64,000 bases of DNA. Source: an uncultured delta proteobacterium (GTDB lineage Bacteria > Myxococcota > Myxococcia > Myxococcales > Myxococcaceae). Location of the stretch: contig CAVZMH010000013.1 of assembly GCA_963776345.1 (NCBI GenBank), positions 128,001-192,000 on the forward strand. Direction: 5' to 3'. The position numbers and the translations under genes are program-made. Positions 53,587 through 62,930 of this stretch are shown here, in pieces. The notes below the pieces were generated by a model, which had not been told where the DNA came from, did no database searches, and was given only the letters and a program-made list of their open reading frames with translations. The first letter of the stretch is position 1; the number at the start of each line of letters is the position of its first letter.

Positions 53587-55227
53587 ATGCGGCTCCGCAC
53601 CCTCCTCCTCCTCGCCTTCGCGCTGCTGGCGCTCCTCCCGCTGGCGGTGACGGTGCCCTTCGCCTCGCGGCGCATCGAGCAGACCCTGGCCCGCGAGCTG
53701 GCGGCGCGCGCCGACGGCGCCGCAGCGCTCGCCGCGTCCGAGCTGGACCGGCTCCGGGCCGAGGTGGACCAGGCGGTGACGGCCTGCGCGGCCGATCCGG
53801 TCACCGAATCCGTCGCGCTCCAGCTCGAGGCCGGCGTGCCGCCGGCGGCCGACGCGATGCGGGCGGTGGCCGAGGGTCGGCCAGTGACCGTCCTCACCCT
53901 GCGCGACGCGTCGGGCGTGAGCCGCTCCAGCGCCTTCCTCCCCGCGCGGGTGGGCGACGTCGAGCCCGGCCTCTCCACGGTGCGCCCAGGGGACGCCCCG
54001 GTCGTGGTGCCGGTGGAGGTGCAGGCTCCCGACGGCGTGCAGCTGCGGCCGGCGCTGGTGGCGGCCCGGCCGGTGGAGGCGGCGCACGGGGCGGCGACGC
54101 TCGTCGGAGGTCAGGTGCTGGACGAGGCCTGGGTGGGCCGCCTGGCCCGGCTCACCGGCGCCCGCGTCGAGCTCGAGGGCACGGGGCTCGGTCCCGCGGC
54201 CGCGGGGAGCGCCGAGGGGCGCACCGTCCGCCGCACCCTCCCGCTCGGCCCGGCGGTGCTCACGCTCGCCGTGGGGAGCGCGGCGGTGGACGAGACGCGG
54301 GCCACGCTGCTCCGGGCGCTGCTCACTGCCGGCGCGCTCGGGCTCGGGCTGGCGCTGGTCGCGGGGTTGCTCTTCGCCCGCGGCATCACCCGTCCGGTGG
54401 AGGCCCTCACCACAGGGGTGCGTTCCGTCGCGGCCGGCGCGCTGGACACCCGCGTGCCGGCCACGGGGAGCGGCGAGGTGCGGGCGCTGGTGGATGCGTT
54501 CAACCGGATGACCGAGGACCTCGGCCACGCGACGCGCGCGCTCCGAGCCGCGGAGCAGGCGGCGGCATGGGAGGGTGTGGCCCGGAGCCTCGCCCATGAA
54601 CTCCGCAACCCGCTCACCCCGCTCCAGATGTCGCTGGAGACGCTGCTCGCGGCACGGAAGGCCCGCGACCCGCGGTTCGAGGCGCTCTTCGTCGAGAGCG
54701 CGCCGGCGATGCTCGAGGAGGTGGAGCGGCTGCGGCGCACCATCGACGCCTTCGCCCGCTTCGCCCGTCTGCCGGCGGCGCAGCTCGAGCCGCTGGACCT
54801 GACGGCGTGGACCGAGCAGGCGCTGGGTATCGCCGGCGCCCGGCCAAACGTCACGCTCGTCTGGGAGCCCGGGCCCCCGCTGCCGGTCCAGGCCGACCGG
54901 GATCAGCTCGCGCAGCTGCTCCATAATTTGGTGAGCAACGCCGAGGAGGCGATGCCGTCCGGGGGGCAGGTGACGGTCCGGACCCGCGCCGACGGTGACC
55001 GCGCGGTGCTCGAGGTCGAGGACACCGGGCCGGGCATCGCCGCCGAGGACCGGGCGCGGGTACTCGAGCCTGGCGTCACCAGCAAGGCGAGCGGAACGGG
55101 CCTTGGCCTCGCCCTCGGCGCTCGCATCGCGCAGGGACACGGCGGCACGCTCGAGGTGGATGGGGGCTGGGAGGGCGGCGCGCTCATCCGCCTGCGCATC
55201 CCGCGAACGCATGGCGCTCCGGCATGA
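53587..55227 (+). CDS. HAMP-domain sensor histidine kinase (NtrY-like)
   Basis: Two TMs, HAMP (AFNRM), AHELRNPLTP, NLVSNA, DTGPGI, GTGLGL. Confidence 0.92.
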   Translation: MRLRTLLLLAFALLALLPLAVTVPFASRRIEQTLARELAARADGAAALAASELDRLRAEVDQAVTACAADPVTESVALQLEAGVPPAADAMRAVAEGRPVTVLTLRDASGVSRSSAFLPARVGDVEPGLSTVRPGDAPVVVPVEVQAPDGVQLRPALVAARPVEAAHGAATLVGGQVLDEAWVGRLARLTGARVELEGTGLGPAAAGSAEGRTVRRTLPLGPAVLTLAVGSAAVDETRATLLRALLTAGALGLGLALVAGLLFARGITRPVEALTTGVRSVAAGALDTRVPATGSGEVRALVDAFNRMTEDLGHATRALRAAEQAAAWEGVARSLAHELRNPLTPLQMSLETLLAARKARDPRFEALFVESAPAMLEEVERLRRTIDAFARFARLPAAQLEPLDLTAWTEQALGIAGARPNVTLVWEPGPPLPVQADRDQLAQLLHNLVSNAEEAMPSGGQVTVRTRADGDRAVLEVEDTGPGIAAEDRARVLEPGVTSKASGTGLGLALGARIAQGHGGTLEVDGGWEGGALIRLRIPRTHGAPA

Positions 55228-55246
55228 GGACGCACGGGCGTGCGCG

Positions 55247-57040
55247 CTAGTCCCGGACGGGGGTCGCCTTGAGCGCGGCGCGTCCGTCCTTCACGTAGAC
55301 CTGGAAGCGCACGGTGCGGCAGCCGTACTTCTGCACCAGCTGGTCGCGGTTCTTCCGCAGCTTCCCGGCGAACTTCTCGAAGGTGAGCCCGTCGCCGCTC
55401 TCACCGCAGCGCTCACGCACGGCGAGGAACTCGTGGAACACGTCCTGGAAGTGCACCTCGTCCGGGGCCACCGGCTTGGGGAGCGGCTGCGGGCGCGGGC
55501 CCGAGACGCGGCTGGAGGCGAGGAGGTCCGGCGAGACGTCGGCCACCCGGGTGGCCTCGGGGATGGCGTTGGCGGCGGGCCCGAGCGCCGCGGCGGGCGG
55601 CAGGTTGAAGTCCGGCAGGTTCGGCACCGGGTACGCCGTCGTGGGCTGGTGGTCGTAGTCGAGCGGCGCTGGCGCGGGGGGCTGCTTCGACGGCTGGGGC
55701 CGGGGAGGCGTGGCGGGCGATGGAGAGAGCCGCTGCGAGCGCGGCCGGATGGGCGCCGGCGTCGGCTCGGGCGGCGGGGGCATGGCGTCCAGGAGCGCGG
55801 CGAGGTCGTCGCGGAGCGCCTCATGCGGAGCCCTGGGGCCGGGCAACCCGTCGGCGGTCGCGGCTTCGGACTCGGCCTCGGGTGGCGGAGGCGGCGGCTC
55901 CACGGTGCGAGCCGGGGTCTCGTCCAGCTCGATGGGGGCGCGCGAGCGTCCGGCGGCGCGGGGCTCGGGCGGATGGGCGGTGTTCTCCGGCGCGCGGAAG
56001 ACAGGTGGCGGCGAGGTGCTGAGGCCGAAGAGGCCGCGGCGCCGGCGGGGGCCGGGCTCGGTGTCCTCCTGGGGCTGCACGCTCACCGGTGCCACGTCCT
56101 GCCCCATCCACAGCCAGAGCGCGGCCAGCCCGGCGAGGAGGAAGAGCATCGCCCCGAAGCTGAAGCGCTGGGTGTCGGCGAGCGCGGACATGGCGGGCTC
56201 GGTGCTCACCAGCGCCAGCGCCTCCAGCGGCTGCCCGGGGACGCCGCGCCGGAGCGCGACCCGGAGCGCCGGGTCGGGCCCGGTGGTGAAGAGCGGGAGC
56301 CGCAGGAACCCGAGCGCGCCCGCCGGGCCGCGGACCACCACCGCGCTCTTGCCCACCGGCGTCTCGCGGAGAGCGTCCGGAAGCCGGGTCTTCTCCGGCC
56401 CCCCGCTGGAGACGAGCTTCCCGGACTGCACGACCCCGAGCGCGGCGAGTCCGGTCTCGAGCGCCACCTGGTCCGCAGTGCCCTCGGGGAGCAGCGGCCC
56501 GCCAACGATGAGCATCCCCTGCGCGCGGGCCTCCTTGTCCGAGCCAAGCAGCGGGAAGGAGAAGAAGAGGTACGGCTTACCGAACGCCTCGCGCGTCTGC
56601 CCGTCGCTCCCGGCCCCGGCCACCGCGTCGGACTCGAGCCCGTTGAGCGCGGGAGCGGGCGCCTCGGCGCCCCGGACGAAGACCGCGCCGGTGTCGGTGC
56701 GTACGCCGAGCACCAGCCCCGGCCGGAGGGCGTTGGAGACCGCGTCGGCGGCGTTCCGGCGCACGCTGGCCATCCGCTCGACGGCGAGCTCGGCCTTACC
56801 GGCCCGGAGCGCGTCGGCGGTGACGAAGGCGCCCGGCGAGCTCCCCAGCCGGAGCGCCAGGCCCTGGAGCTCGGCGCGCCGACCCGCGAGGCGGACCGAG
56901 ACCGCGTCCACGCCGCGCTGCGCGTAGGAGGCGGCCTGCGCTTCCGCCTTTTCGCTGAAGGACGATGCGGTGAGCGAGAGGTCCGCCAGCCAGAGCGCGA
57001 GCGCCGGCAGCGCGAACAGAAGCAGCTTGATGCGGGACAT
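55247..57040 (-). CDS. Myxobacterial membrane protein, MXAN_5187-like family
   Basis: Two TMs flanking a periplasmic domain, Pro-rich linker, C-terminal domain ending VRFQVYVKDGRAALKATP. Confidence 0.75.
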   Translation of the reverse strand: MSRIKLLLFALPALALWLADLSLTASSFSEKAEAQAASYAQRGVDAVSVRLAGRRAELQGLALRLGSSPGAFVTADALRAGKAELAVERMASVRRNAADAVSNALRPGLVLGVRTDTGAVFVRGAEAPAPALNGLESDAVAGAGSDGQTREAFGKPYLFFSFPLLGSDKEARAQGMLIVGGPLLPEGTADQVALETGLAALGVVQSGKLVSSGGPEKTRLPDALRETPVGKSAVVVRGPAGALGFLRLPLFTTGPDPALRVALRRGVPGQPLEALALVSTEPAMSALADTQRFSFGAMLFLLAGLAALWLWMGQDVAPVSVQPQEDTEPGPRRRRGLFGLSTSPPPVFRAPENTAHPPEPRAAGRSRAPIELDETPARTVEPPPPPPEAESEAATADGLPGPRAPHEALRDDLAALLDAMPPPPEPTPAPIRPRSQRLSPSPATPPRPQPSKQPPAPAPLDYDHQPTTAYPVPNLPDFNLPPAAALGPAANAIPEATRVADVSPDLLASSRVSGPRPQPLPKPVAPDEVHFQDVFHEFLAVRERCGESGDGLTFEKFAGKLRKNRDQLVQKYGCRTVRFQVYVKDGRAALKATPVRD

Positions 57041-57116
57041 CCCCTTCCTTTGGGGCCAGTCGGGTCAACCCTTTATAGGCCGTGGGTGCGCGGCCCAGCA
57101 AGGGAACGGGCGGCTC

Positions 57117-57485
57117 TCACCGCGGGCGTCCGCCCGGCTCGGTGGGGAGATCTGCGAGCGACGGACCCGAGTGGTCGTGTCGCCGATCGACGTACTTCTT
57201 CGCCGCGCGCTCCACGCGGTCGCAGGCGGCGGCGATGGCGCGGTGGATCTCGTCCGAGGTCTCGGTGATGTGCAGCGCCGGCTGGCCGGGGACGTGGACG
57301 GTGACCCGCGCCTCCTGGTCCATGCCGCCCTTGTTCTCGCCGGTGGTGTCGACCAGGTGCACCTCGACCTGGACGGCGGGCTCGTGTCCCAGCAGCCGGT
57401 CCAGCGCGCGGCCCAGGTGGACCTCGCAGTACTCGCGGAGCGCGTCGGTGACCTGGATGTGAACGCCTCGTACCAGCAGTTGCAT
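57117..57485 (-). CDS. hpf: Ribosome hibernation factor HPF/RaiA (short type)
   Basis: MQLLVRGVHIQVTDALREY...AIAAACDRVERAAKKY. Confidence 0.8.
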   Translation of the reverse strand: MQLLVRGVHIQVTDALREYCEVHLGRALDRLLGHEPAVQVEVHLVDTTGENKGGMDQEARVTVHVPGQPALHITETSDEIHRAIAAACDRVERAAKKYVDRRHDHSGPSLADLPTEPGGRPR

Positions 57486-57530
57486 CGGAGAAGCCTCCTT
57501 GGGCTCCTTGCCTGTTATGGTGTCTTGGCC

Positions 57531-57851
57531 ATGGAAGGCAACCCCGAGTCGGAGCGATTCGTCCAGGTAGCCCAGGCGGAGGACCCCTTCACCGCCGATG
57601 CGCTGGAGGCCACCCTGAGGGGCGCCGGGATGTCGGTGCTCCGCACCGACCATCCAGGGGGCTCCGGGGTGGAGGCGCTGGGCTCGGGGTGGACCCTGCC
57701 CTGGTTCGAGCTGAGCGTGCTCGAGGAGAACGTGGCGCGCGCCCGGGAGCTGGTGGAGGCCGAGCGCCGTCGGCTGGCCGAGACCGCGCCCGATGCCGAG
57801 CGCGCGGCCGAGGACGAGGAGCGGGAATCGGAAGGGCCGACGCCCTCCTGA
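57531..57851 (+). CDS. DUF2007-like putative signal-transducing protein
   Basis: ADALEATLRGAGM...ELSVLEENVARARELV pattern. Confidence 0.65.
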   Translation: MEGNPESERFVQVAQAEDPFTADALEATLRGAGMSVLRTDHPGGSGVEALGSGWTLPWFELSVLEENVARARELVEAERRRLAETAPDAERAAEDEERESEGPTPS

Positions 57852-57909
57852 CTCCGAGGCCCCTCCCTGCCGAGGGGCAGGCTCGCGGCGGGCGCCCCCG
57901 TCCCCAGGC

Positions 57910-58773
57910 TCAGCGGCCGGTCGCGGACACGGCCTCGCTCCGGGGCCGCGGATCGCGCACCTCCCAGAGCGAGACGCCCTCGATCTTCCAGGTGTAGCGG
58001 GCGTGCCGGGCGAGCAGGTGCGAGAGCTCCTCGTCCACCACCCCGTCCTTCCACCCGCGCGTCGCGTGCCGGAGATAGGTCTTCCCGCCGCGCTGGACGA
58101 CGAATCCCAGGTGGCTGACCCGGGTGATGCGCCAGGGCGCGTCCTGCCGGACGACGAGGAGCAGCGTCCCGGAGGGCCAGTGCGCGGCCCGGCCGGCGAT
58201 CTCGTCCACCGGGATGATGGACAGCGGGAACCGGCCGGTGGGGCGCGCCCCGGGAGGGAGCGCGAGGGCGCGTGCGGTGGTGGAGCCCCATGCCTCGGGG
58301 GCGATCACCTTCCACCCGGACCGGGCCGCCTCGCCGCCGAGCTGAGCGGTCACGTCACGGACGAGCCCCTTGGCGACGTTCGAGGGCAGCCAGGCGGCCT
58401 CCATGAGGTGGTTGCGTCCGGTGTACTCGGGCCGGGCACGGTAGCGGATGGAGTCGAGCACGTGCAGCACGTCCTCCACCGAGCCGGAGAGCGAGAGCGC
58501 CATCACCGTCTCGACGAAGGTGAGGCAGTCCACGCGGTCGAGGCGCAGGCGTGGGTCCGGGTCCTGGCCCTCGCCCTCGCCGAGCGGCGAGTGGGCGTAC
58601 GGCGTCCCGAGGAGGCGCTCGCTCAGGCCCAGGAGGCGACCCTCCAGCGAGCGACCCTGGACGGAGGCGAGCAGCGCCTCGAGCGCAGCCGTGTCCGGCT
58701 CGGGAGACGCCGGGGTGGTGGCCAGGACGAGGGTGAGCGCGGTGGCGAGGAGCAAGGGGGCGACCGCCCGCAA
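57910..58773 (-). CDS. DUF1460 N-acetylmuramoyl-L-alanine amidase-like (NlpC/P60 fold) secreted protein
   Basis: LGTPY, DCLTFVET, RNH, VSHLG, RHA; start estimated. Confidence 0.85.
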   Translation of the reverse strand: MRAVAPLLLATALTLVLATTPASPEPDTAALEALLASVQGRSLEGRLLGLSERLLGTPYAHSPLGEGEGQDPDPRLRLDRVDCLTFVETVMALSLSGSVEDVLHVLDSIRYRARPEYTGRNHLMEAAWLPSNVAKGLVRDVTAQLGGEAARSGWKVIAPEAWGSTTARALALPPGARPTGRFPLSIIPVDEIAGRAAHWPSGTLLLVVRQDAPWRITRVSHLGFVVQRGGKTYLRHATRGWKDGVVDEELSHLLARHARYTWKIEGVSLWEVRDPRPRSEAVSATGR

Positions 58774-58838
58774 TCGTCCCCGGGCCGGACAGGTCTGTCC
58801 ACCTCGAGTGCCGCCGGAGCGTTCGGGGGCGGGGAGAG

Positions 58839-60266
58839 TCAGCGCCGGGAGGCGAGCGCCGCGGCGGTCTCGACCAGCTGGCCCCAGAGTGCGGCGACGT
58901 CGTCGGCGGTGGTGGCCGTCGCACCCACCGAGACCCGGAGGAGCTGGACGCCCTTCACCACCGCGGGGGTGAGGTAGGCGCGTCCCGAGGCGTTGATGGA
59001 GCGAGCGAGCGCGAGGTTGTGGGCGTCGAGCGCGGAGCCCTCGCGCCCCGGCGGTCGGTGGCGGAAGGCGACGGTCTGGAGCGGGACCGGCGCGAGCCGC
59101 TCCCAGCCGGGCGTGGTGTCGACCTTCTCGGCGAACCAGCGGGCGAGCGCGAGGTGCCGGCGGACCTCGGCGCGAACACCCTCCACACCCATCGCCGAGA
59201 GGACGAACCAGACCTTGAGGCTGCGGAACCGGCGGCCGAGCGCGATGCCCCAGTCGCGGTAGTTGTGCACCGCCCCGTCCTGCGCCGTCCGGAGGTAGCT
59301 CGGGTCGGTGGACATGACCCGCACCAGATGGTCGGGATCGCGCACGTGGTAGGCGGTGCAGTCGAAGCCGACGCCGAGCCACTTGTGCGGGTTCCACACC
59401 ACCGAGTCCGCCTGCTCGACGCCCTCCCACATCCAGCGCAGCTCAGGGCAGGCCATCGCGGTGCCGGCGAGCGCAGCGTCGACGTGGAGCCAGGCCCCGT
59501 GGGCGCGGGCGAGCTCACCGAGGCGCGCCACCGGGTCGAGCGCGGTGGTGCCGGTCGAGCCCACGGTGGCGACGATGGCGGAGGGCCGCCGGCCGCGGGC
59601 GACGTCGGCACGGAGCGTCTCCTCGAGCGCGTCGGGGCGGAGCGCGTGGGCCTCGTCGGTGGGGAGGAGCCGGAGGTTCTCCCGTCCAAACCCGGCGAGC
59701 AGCGCGGCCTTCTCGATGGAGCTGTGCGCCATCTCCGAGGCATAGACGACGAGCGGCGAGGCTTCCGCCTGGAGCCCGCCGCGGGCCTGGCCGTGGCCGG
59801 TGGTGCGCTCGCGGGCGCAGAGGAGGGCGACCAGGGTGGCGGTGCTGGCGGTGTCCTGGATGACGCCGGAGAAGGTCGGCGGCAGGCCGACGAGCTGGCG
59901 GAGCCAGTCCATCGCCACCTCCTCCAGCTCGGTGGCTGCGGGGCTGGTCTGCCAGCTCATGCCCTGGGCGCCGAGCCCGGCGGCGACCAGGTCGGCCAGG
60001 ACCGAGGGCAGCATGGAGTTCGAGGGGAAGTAGGCGAAGAACCGCGGGTGGTTCCAGTGGGTGATGCCGGGGAGGATGGCCGAGTCGAGCTGGGGCAGGA
60101 GGCCCTCGAGCGGCACGCCGTGCTCGGGTGGGGCCGGGGCGAAGTGGCGCCGAACCTCGCCCGGCTGCACGGGGCTCATGACCGGAAGGGTGGGCAACCG
60201 TTCGCGGTAGGCGGCCACCCACTCGATGAGCTGGTGTCCAAGTGTGCGGAACTCGTCGGGTGTCAT
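58839..60266 (-). CDS. PLP-dependent aromatic-L-amino-acid decarboxylase family protein
   Basis: ITHWNHPRFFAYFP, SPAATELE, HSSIEK, HVDAA, NPHKW. Confidence 0.93.
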   Translation of the reverse strand: MTPDEFRTLGHQLIEWVAAYRERLPTLPVMSPVQPGEVRRHFAPAPPEHGVPLEGLLPQLDSAILPGITHWNHPRFFAYFPSNSMLPSVLADLVAAGLGAQGMSWQTSPAATELEEVAMDWLRQLVGLPPTFSGVIQDTASTATLVALLCARERTTGHGQARGGLQAEASPLVVYASEMAHSSIEKAALLAGFGRENLRLLPTDEAHALRPDALEETLRADVARGRRPSAIVATVGSTGTTALDPVARLGELARAHGAWLHVDAALAGTAMACPELRWMWEGVEQADSVVWNPHKWLGVGFDCTAYHVRDPDHLVRVMSTDPSYLRTAQDGAVHNYRDWGIALGRRFRSLKVWFVLSAMGVEGVRAEVRRHLALARWFAEKVDTTPGWERLAPVPLQTVAFRHRPPGREGSALDAHNLALARSINASGRAYLTPAVVKGVQLLRVSVGATATTADDVAALWGQLVETAAALASRR

Positions 60267-60351
60267 CGCGCCGGGGACGGTACACCTTGCCGGCAGGGGC
60301 CGAGCGGTCGATGTTCCGGCGGCTCCCGCGACTCCCGGAGGGCGACAGGAC

Positions 60352-60612
60352 ATGGGCCGGCTCGAGCAGGACCAGGTGGGCAGCTGCAGCTTCGTCGACG
60401 TGCTCGAGGAGGCGGTGCTGGTGAAGCGCCCGGTGGCCATCGAGCTCCGGGACGGCACGACGTTCATCGACCAGGTGACGGACGTCACGACCGAATCCGG
60501 GCAGGACTTCGCGGTGTTCCGGAGCCACGCCCGGGTCGCGGTCCGGGACATCGCGGCGGCCACCCGGGCCGAGCCGCCCCGCCGGCGGCCCCCTCCCGGC
60601 CCCCGCGAGTGA
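60352..60612 (+). CDS. Rof-like small protein (possible Rho modulator)
   Basis: CSFVDVLEEA...IELRDG...DVTTESGQDF...VRDI aligns by eye with E. coli Rof (CDDYDNLELA...LELKDG). Confidence 0.55.
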   Translation: MGRLEQDQVGSCSFVDVLEEAVLVKRPVAIELRDGTTFIDQVTDVTTESGQDFAVFRSHARVAVRDIAAATRAEPPRRRPPPGPRE

Positions 60613-60683
60613 GGGTTCGCCCCCCCACCGCCCGTCCGGCGTTGCAGGCCACGGGGCCCCTCTGCTAGCCCCTCGGGGCACCG

Positions 60684-61049
60684 ATGGCGCGCTTCGAGGT
60701 CTTCATACCCGCGGCGGAGCCGGGCAGCTTCGACGTCACGCTCCGCGTGGACGCAGCGAACTGGATGCAGGCCCTGAAGACGGGCTTCCACCGGCTCGGT
60801 GAGCAGGGGCTGGTCCCGCACAACGTGCTGGTGGACGTGCAGGACGACGGCTCGGTCCACGTCACGGACGCGAGCAGCGCGCGGGTCTTCCGCATCCGCG
60901 AGCTGACCGAGGCCGAGGCGGCGGCGGGCAAGCCCAAGCCGAAGCCGACGCCCATTGGGACGCCGGTTCCGGTGGAGCCGGTGGCGCCCGCCCCGAGCCC
61001 GGCGATGGTGGCGCGACCCGAGCCCCTGGTGGGCATCGCCGCGAGGTGA
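60684..61049 (+). CDS. N-terminal part of a myxobacterial GAF-domain protein (possibly split by a frameshift)
   Basis: MARFEVFIPAA...NWMQALK...RVFRIREL followed by a Pro-rich linker. Confidence 0.7.
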   Translation: MARFEVFIPAAEPGSFDVTLRVDAANWMQALKTGFHRLGEQGLVPHNVLVDVQDDGSVHVTDASSARVFRIRELTEAEAAAGKPKPKPTPIGTPVPVEPVAPAPSPAMVARPEPLVGIAAR

Positions 61050-61771
61050 AGGACCCGCACCAGACGTCCGGAATGGACGTTCCACCGGCACCGGGGCTGG
61101 AGCCGACGCTGGTCCGTCCGCCGGACCGGCCGACCTCGCCGATGGCGGCGCGCCCGACCCCGATGAGCACGCCGCGGGTGGTGCTCCCGCCGACGCAGGA
61201 GCTGGTGTCGAGCGCGAGGCCACCCACCGGGCCGATCGGCCGCCGGAAGCCTGCACGCTCTCCGGCGGCGCAGATGGACGACGTGCTCGCCGAGGTCTTC
61301 GAGCGGGTGCAGGGCGTCTACCAGCGGCGCGACGCGGCGGACGGGCTCGGCTACCTGCTGGATCTGGCGATGGAGAAGATTCCCGTCGAGGCGGGGAGCG
61401 TGTTCTCGAGCGAGCTGGTCTCGGGCGACCTCCGGTTCGTGGTGGTCCGTGGCCCGAAGGCGCAGGAGATCCTCGAGGCGAAGATCGTCATCCCCGCCGG
61501 GACGGGAATCGTGGGCTTCTGCGCGGTGGAGGGCGTGTCGCTCGCGCTGTCCGACGTGCAGAAGGATCCGCGCTACTACCGCGGGGTCTCGGACCGGGTG
61601 CACTACGAGACGCGGAGCATCCTCTGCTCGCCGATCATCGCCCACGGGCGGACGTTCGGGTGCATGGAGCTGGTGAACCGGCGCGAGTCGCCGCTGTTCA
61701 CCGAGTACGAGGTGGGGATGCTCTCGTACATCGCCCACCAGGGCGCGCTGTTCCTCGACACGCTGGGGTGA
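61046..61771 (+). CDS. GAF domain protein (C-terminal part)
   Basis: GIVGFC, DPRYY, TRSILCSPI, ELVNR, FTEYE. Confidence 0.85.
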   Translation: MKDPHQTSGMDVPPAPGLEPTLVRPPDRPTSPMAARPTPMSTPRVVLPPTQELVSSARPPTGPIGRRKPARSPAAQMDDVLAEVFERVQGVYQRRDAADGLGYLLDLAMEKIPVEAGSVFSSELVSGDLRFVVVRGPKAQEILEAKIVIPAGTGIVGFCAVEGVSLALSDVQKDPRYYRGVSDRVHYETRSILCSPIIAHGRTFGCMELVNRRESPLFTEYEVGMLSYIAHQGALFLDTLG

Positions 61772-61895
61772 GCGTGGGGCCGGCGAGGCCCTGGTACCGG
61801 GTCCCCGACCTGTCCGGCGAAGGCACGCACGCTCTACCGAGGACATCCATCGGCAGGCCGCCCAGGCAGCCGCCGAGATCAACGAGGTGACGGAT

Positions 61896-62930
61896 TCAGC
61901 GGCCCAGGTCCGTGGAGGCCTTCATCACCTCGTCGAGCAGCACCGTCGCGTAGGAGCCCGCCGGGAGCGCGAAGGAGATCTCCACCGTCGAGCCCTCGGC
62001 CGACCAGCGTGCCTCGGTCACCGGGACCGAGAACGGCCGCCGCGTTCCCTCGGCGATGCTGCGGAGCCGCCGGAAGCTCTCGAGCGTGAGCCCCTCCGCC
62101 GCGAGCACGCCCTGCTCGGCCGCGTCCACGTCGCCCTCCGGGCGCTGCATCTTCCAGCCGAAGATGGGTCCCGTCGGGGCAATCTCGCCCCGCTCGAGGC
62201 GCTGCTGGTCCACCTCCGGCTCCCGGCAGGCGAACAGTCCCCCCGAGTCCGTCTTCTTCATCAGATCTCCGGCGAGCGCGCGGCGCAGCGTGCCCGCCTG
62301 GAGCCGCGCCTCCAGCAGGCGGTTGAAGAGCAGCGCCTGGTACGCCGACACGTAGAGCTTCCGCTCGAAGGTGCTCGGCTTGTGCGGGAGTCGCTCGCCC
62401 CGGACGAGCGCCTGGCCCCGGAGCGCGGTGTCCCCTCGCCCGAAGCGCTGCTCGCCGAAGGCGTTGGGCAGCCCCTCGGCGACGAGCCGCTCGAGCACCG
62501 CGCCTGCGGCCTCGGGCTGCTCGGCGTCCCGGATGCAGATGCGGAACCGGTTCCCCCGGAGGTGCCCCACCCGCAGCTTGTTGCCGTGGCGCGCATGGGC
62601 GAGCACGCGCAGCTCCGGACCGGGCGCGAGCGCGGGGAGCGACGACTCCACCCGGGCAGGCACCGACAGCCACTGTCGCGTCACCGCGACCCGGTCCTTG
62701 AGCCCGGCCCACGAGACCTCCGCCGGCTGGAGCCCCAGCGCCGAGGCGAGGCGGCGGGCAGCCTCCGGCGTGTCCAGGCCGAGCTTCTCCACCCAGAGGA
62801 AGAGGTGCTCTCCCTGGCCGGACGGCAGGTACGCCGGGAGCTCCTCGACCTCGAAGTCCTCCGGCGAGGCGCGGAGCCTGCCGCCGGTGCCGGGCAGTCC
62901 GGCGGTCAGCCGGCGCACGCCCGGGGTCAA
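61896..62930 (-). CDS. truD: tRNA pseudouridine(13) synthase
   Basis: PEDFEVEE, AGLKDRVAVTRQW, GNRF, GEQRFG, LPAGSYAT. Confidence 0.95.
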   Translation of the reverse strand: MTPGVRRLTAGLPGTGGRLRASPEDFEVEELPAYLPSGQGEHLFLWVEKLGLDTPEAARRLASALGLQPAEVSWAGLKDRVAVTRQWLSVPARVESSLPALAPGPELRVLAHARHGNKLRVGHLRGNRFRICIRDAEQPEAAGAVLERLVAEGLPNAFGEQRFGRGDTALRGQALVRGERLPHKPSTFERKLYVSAYQALLFNRLLEARLQAGTLRRALAGDLMKKTDSGGLFACREPEVDQQRLERGEIAPTGPIFGWKMQRPEGDVDAAEQGVLAAEGLTLESFRRLRSIAEGTRRPFSVPVTEARWSAEGSTVEISFALPAGSYATVLLDEVMKASTDLGR

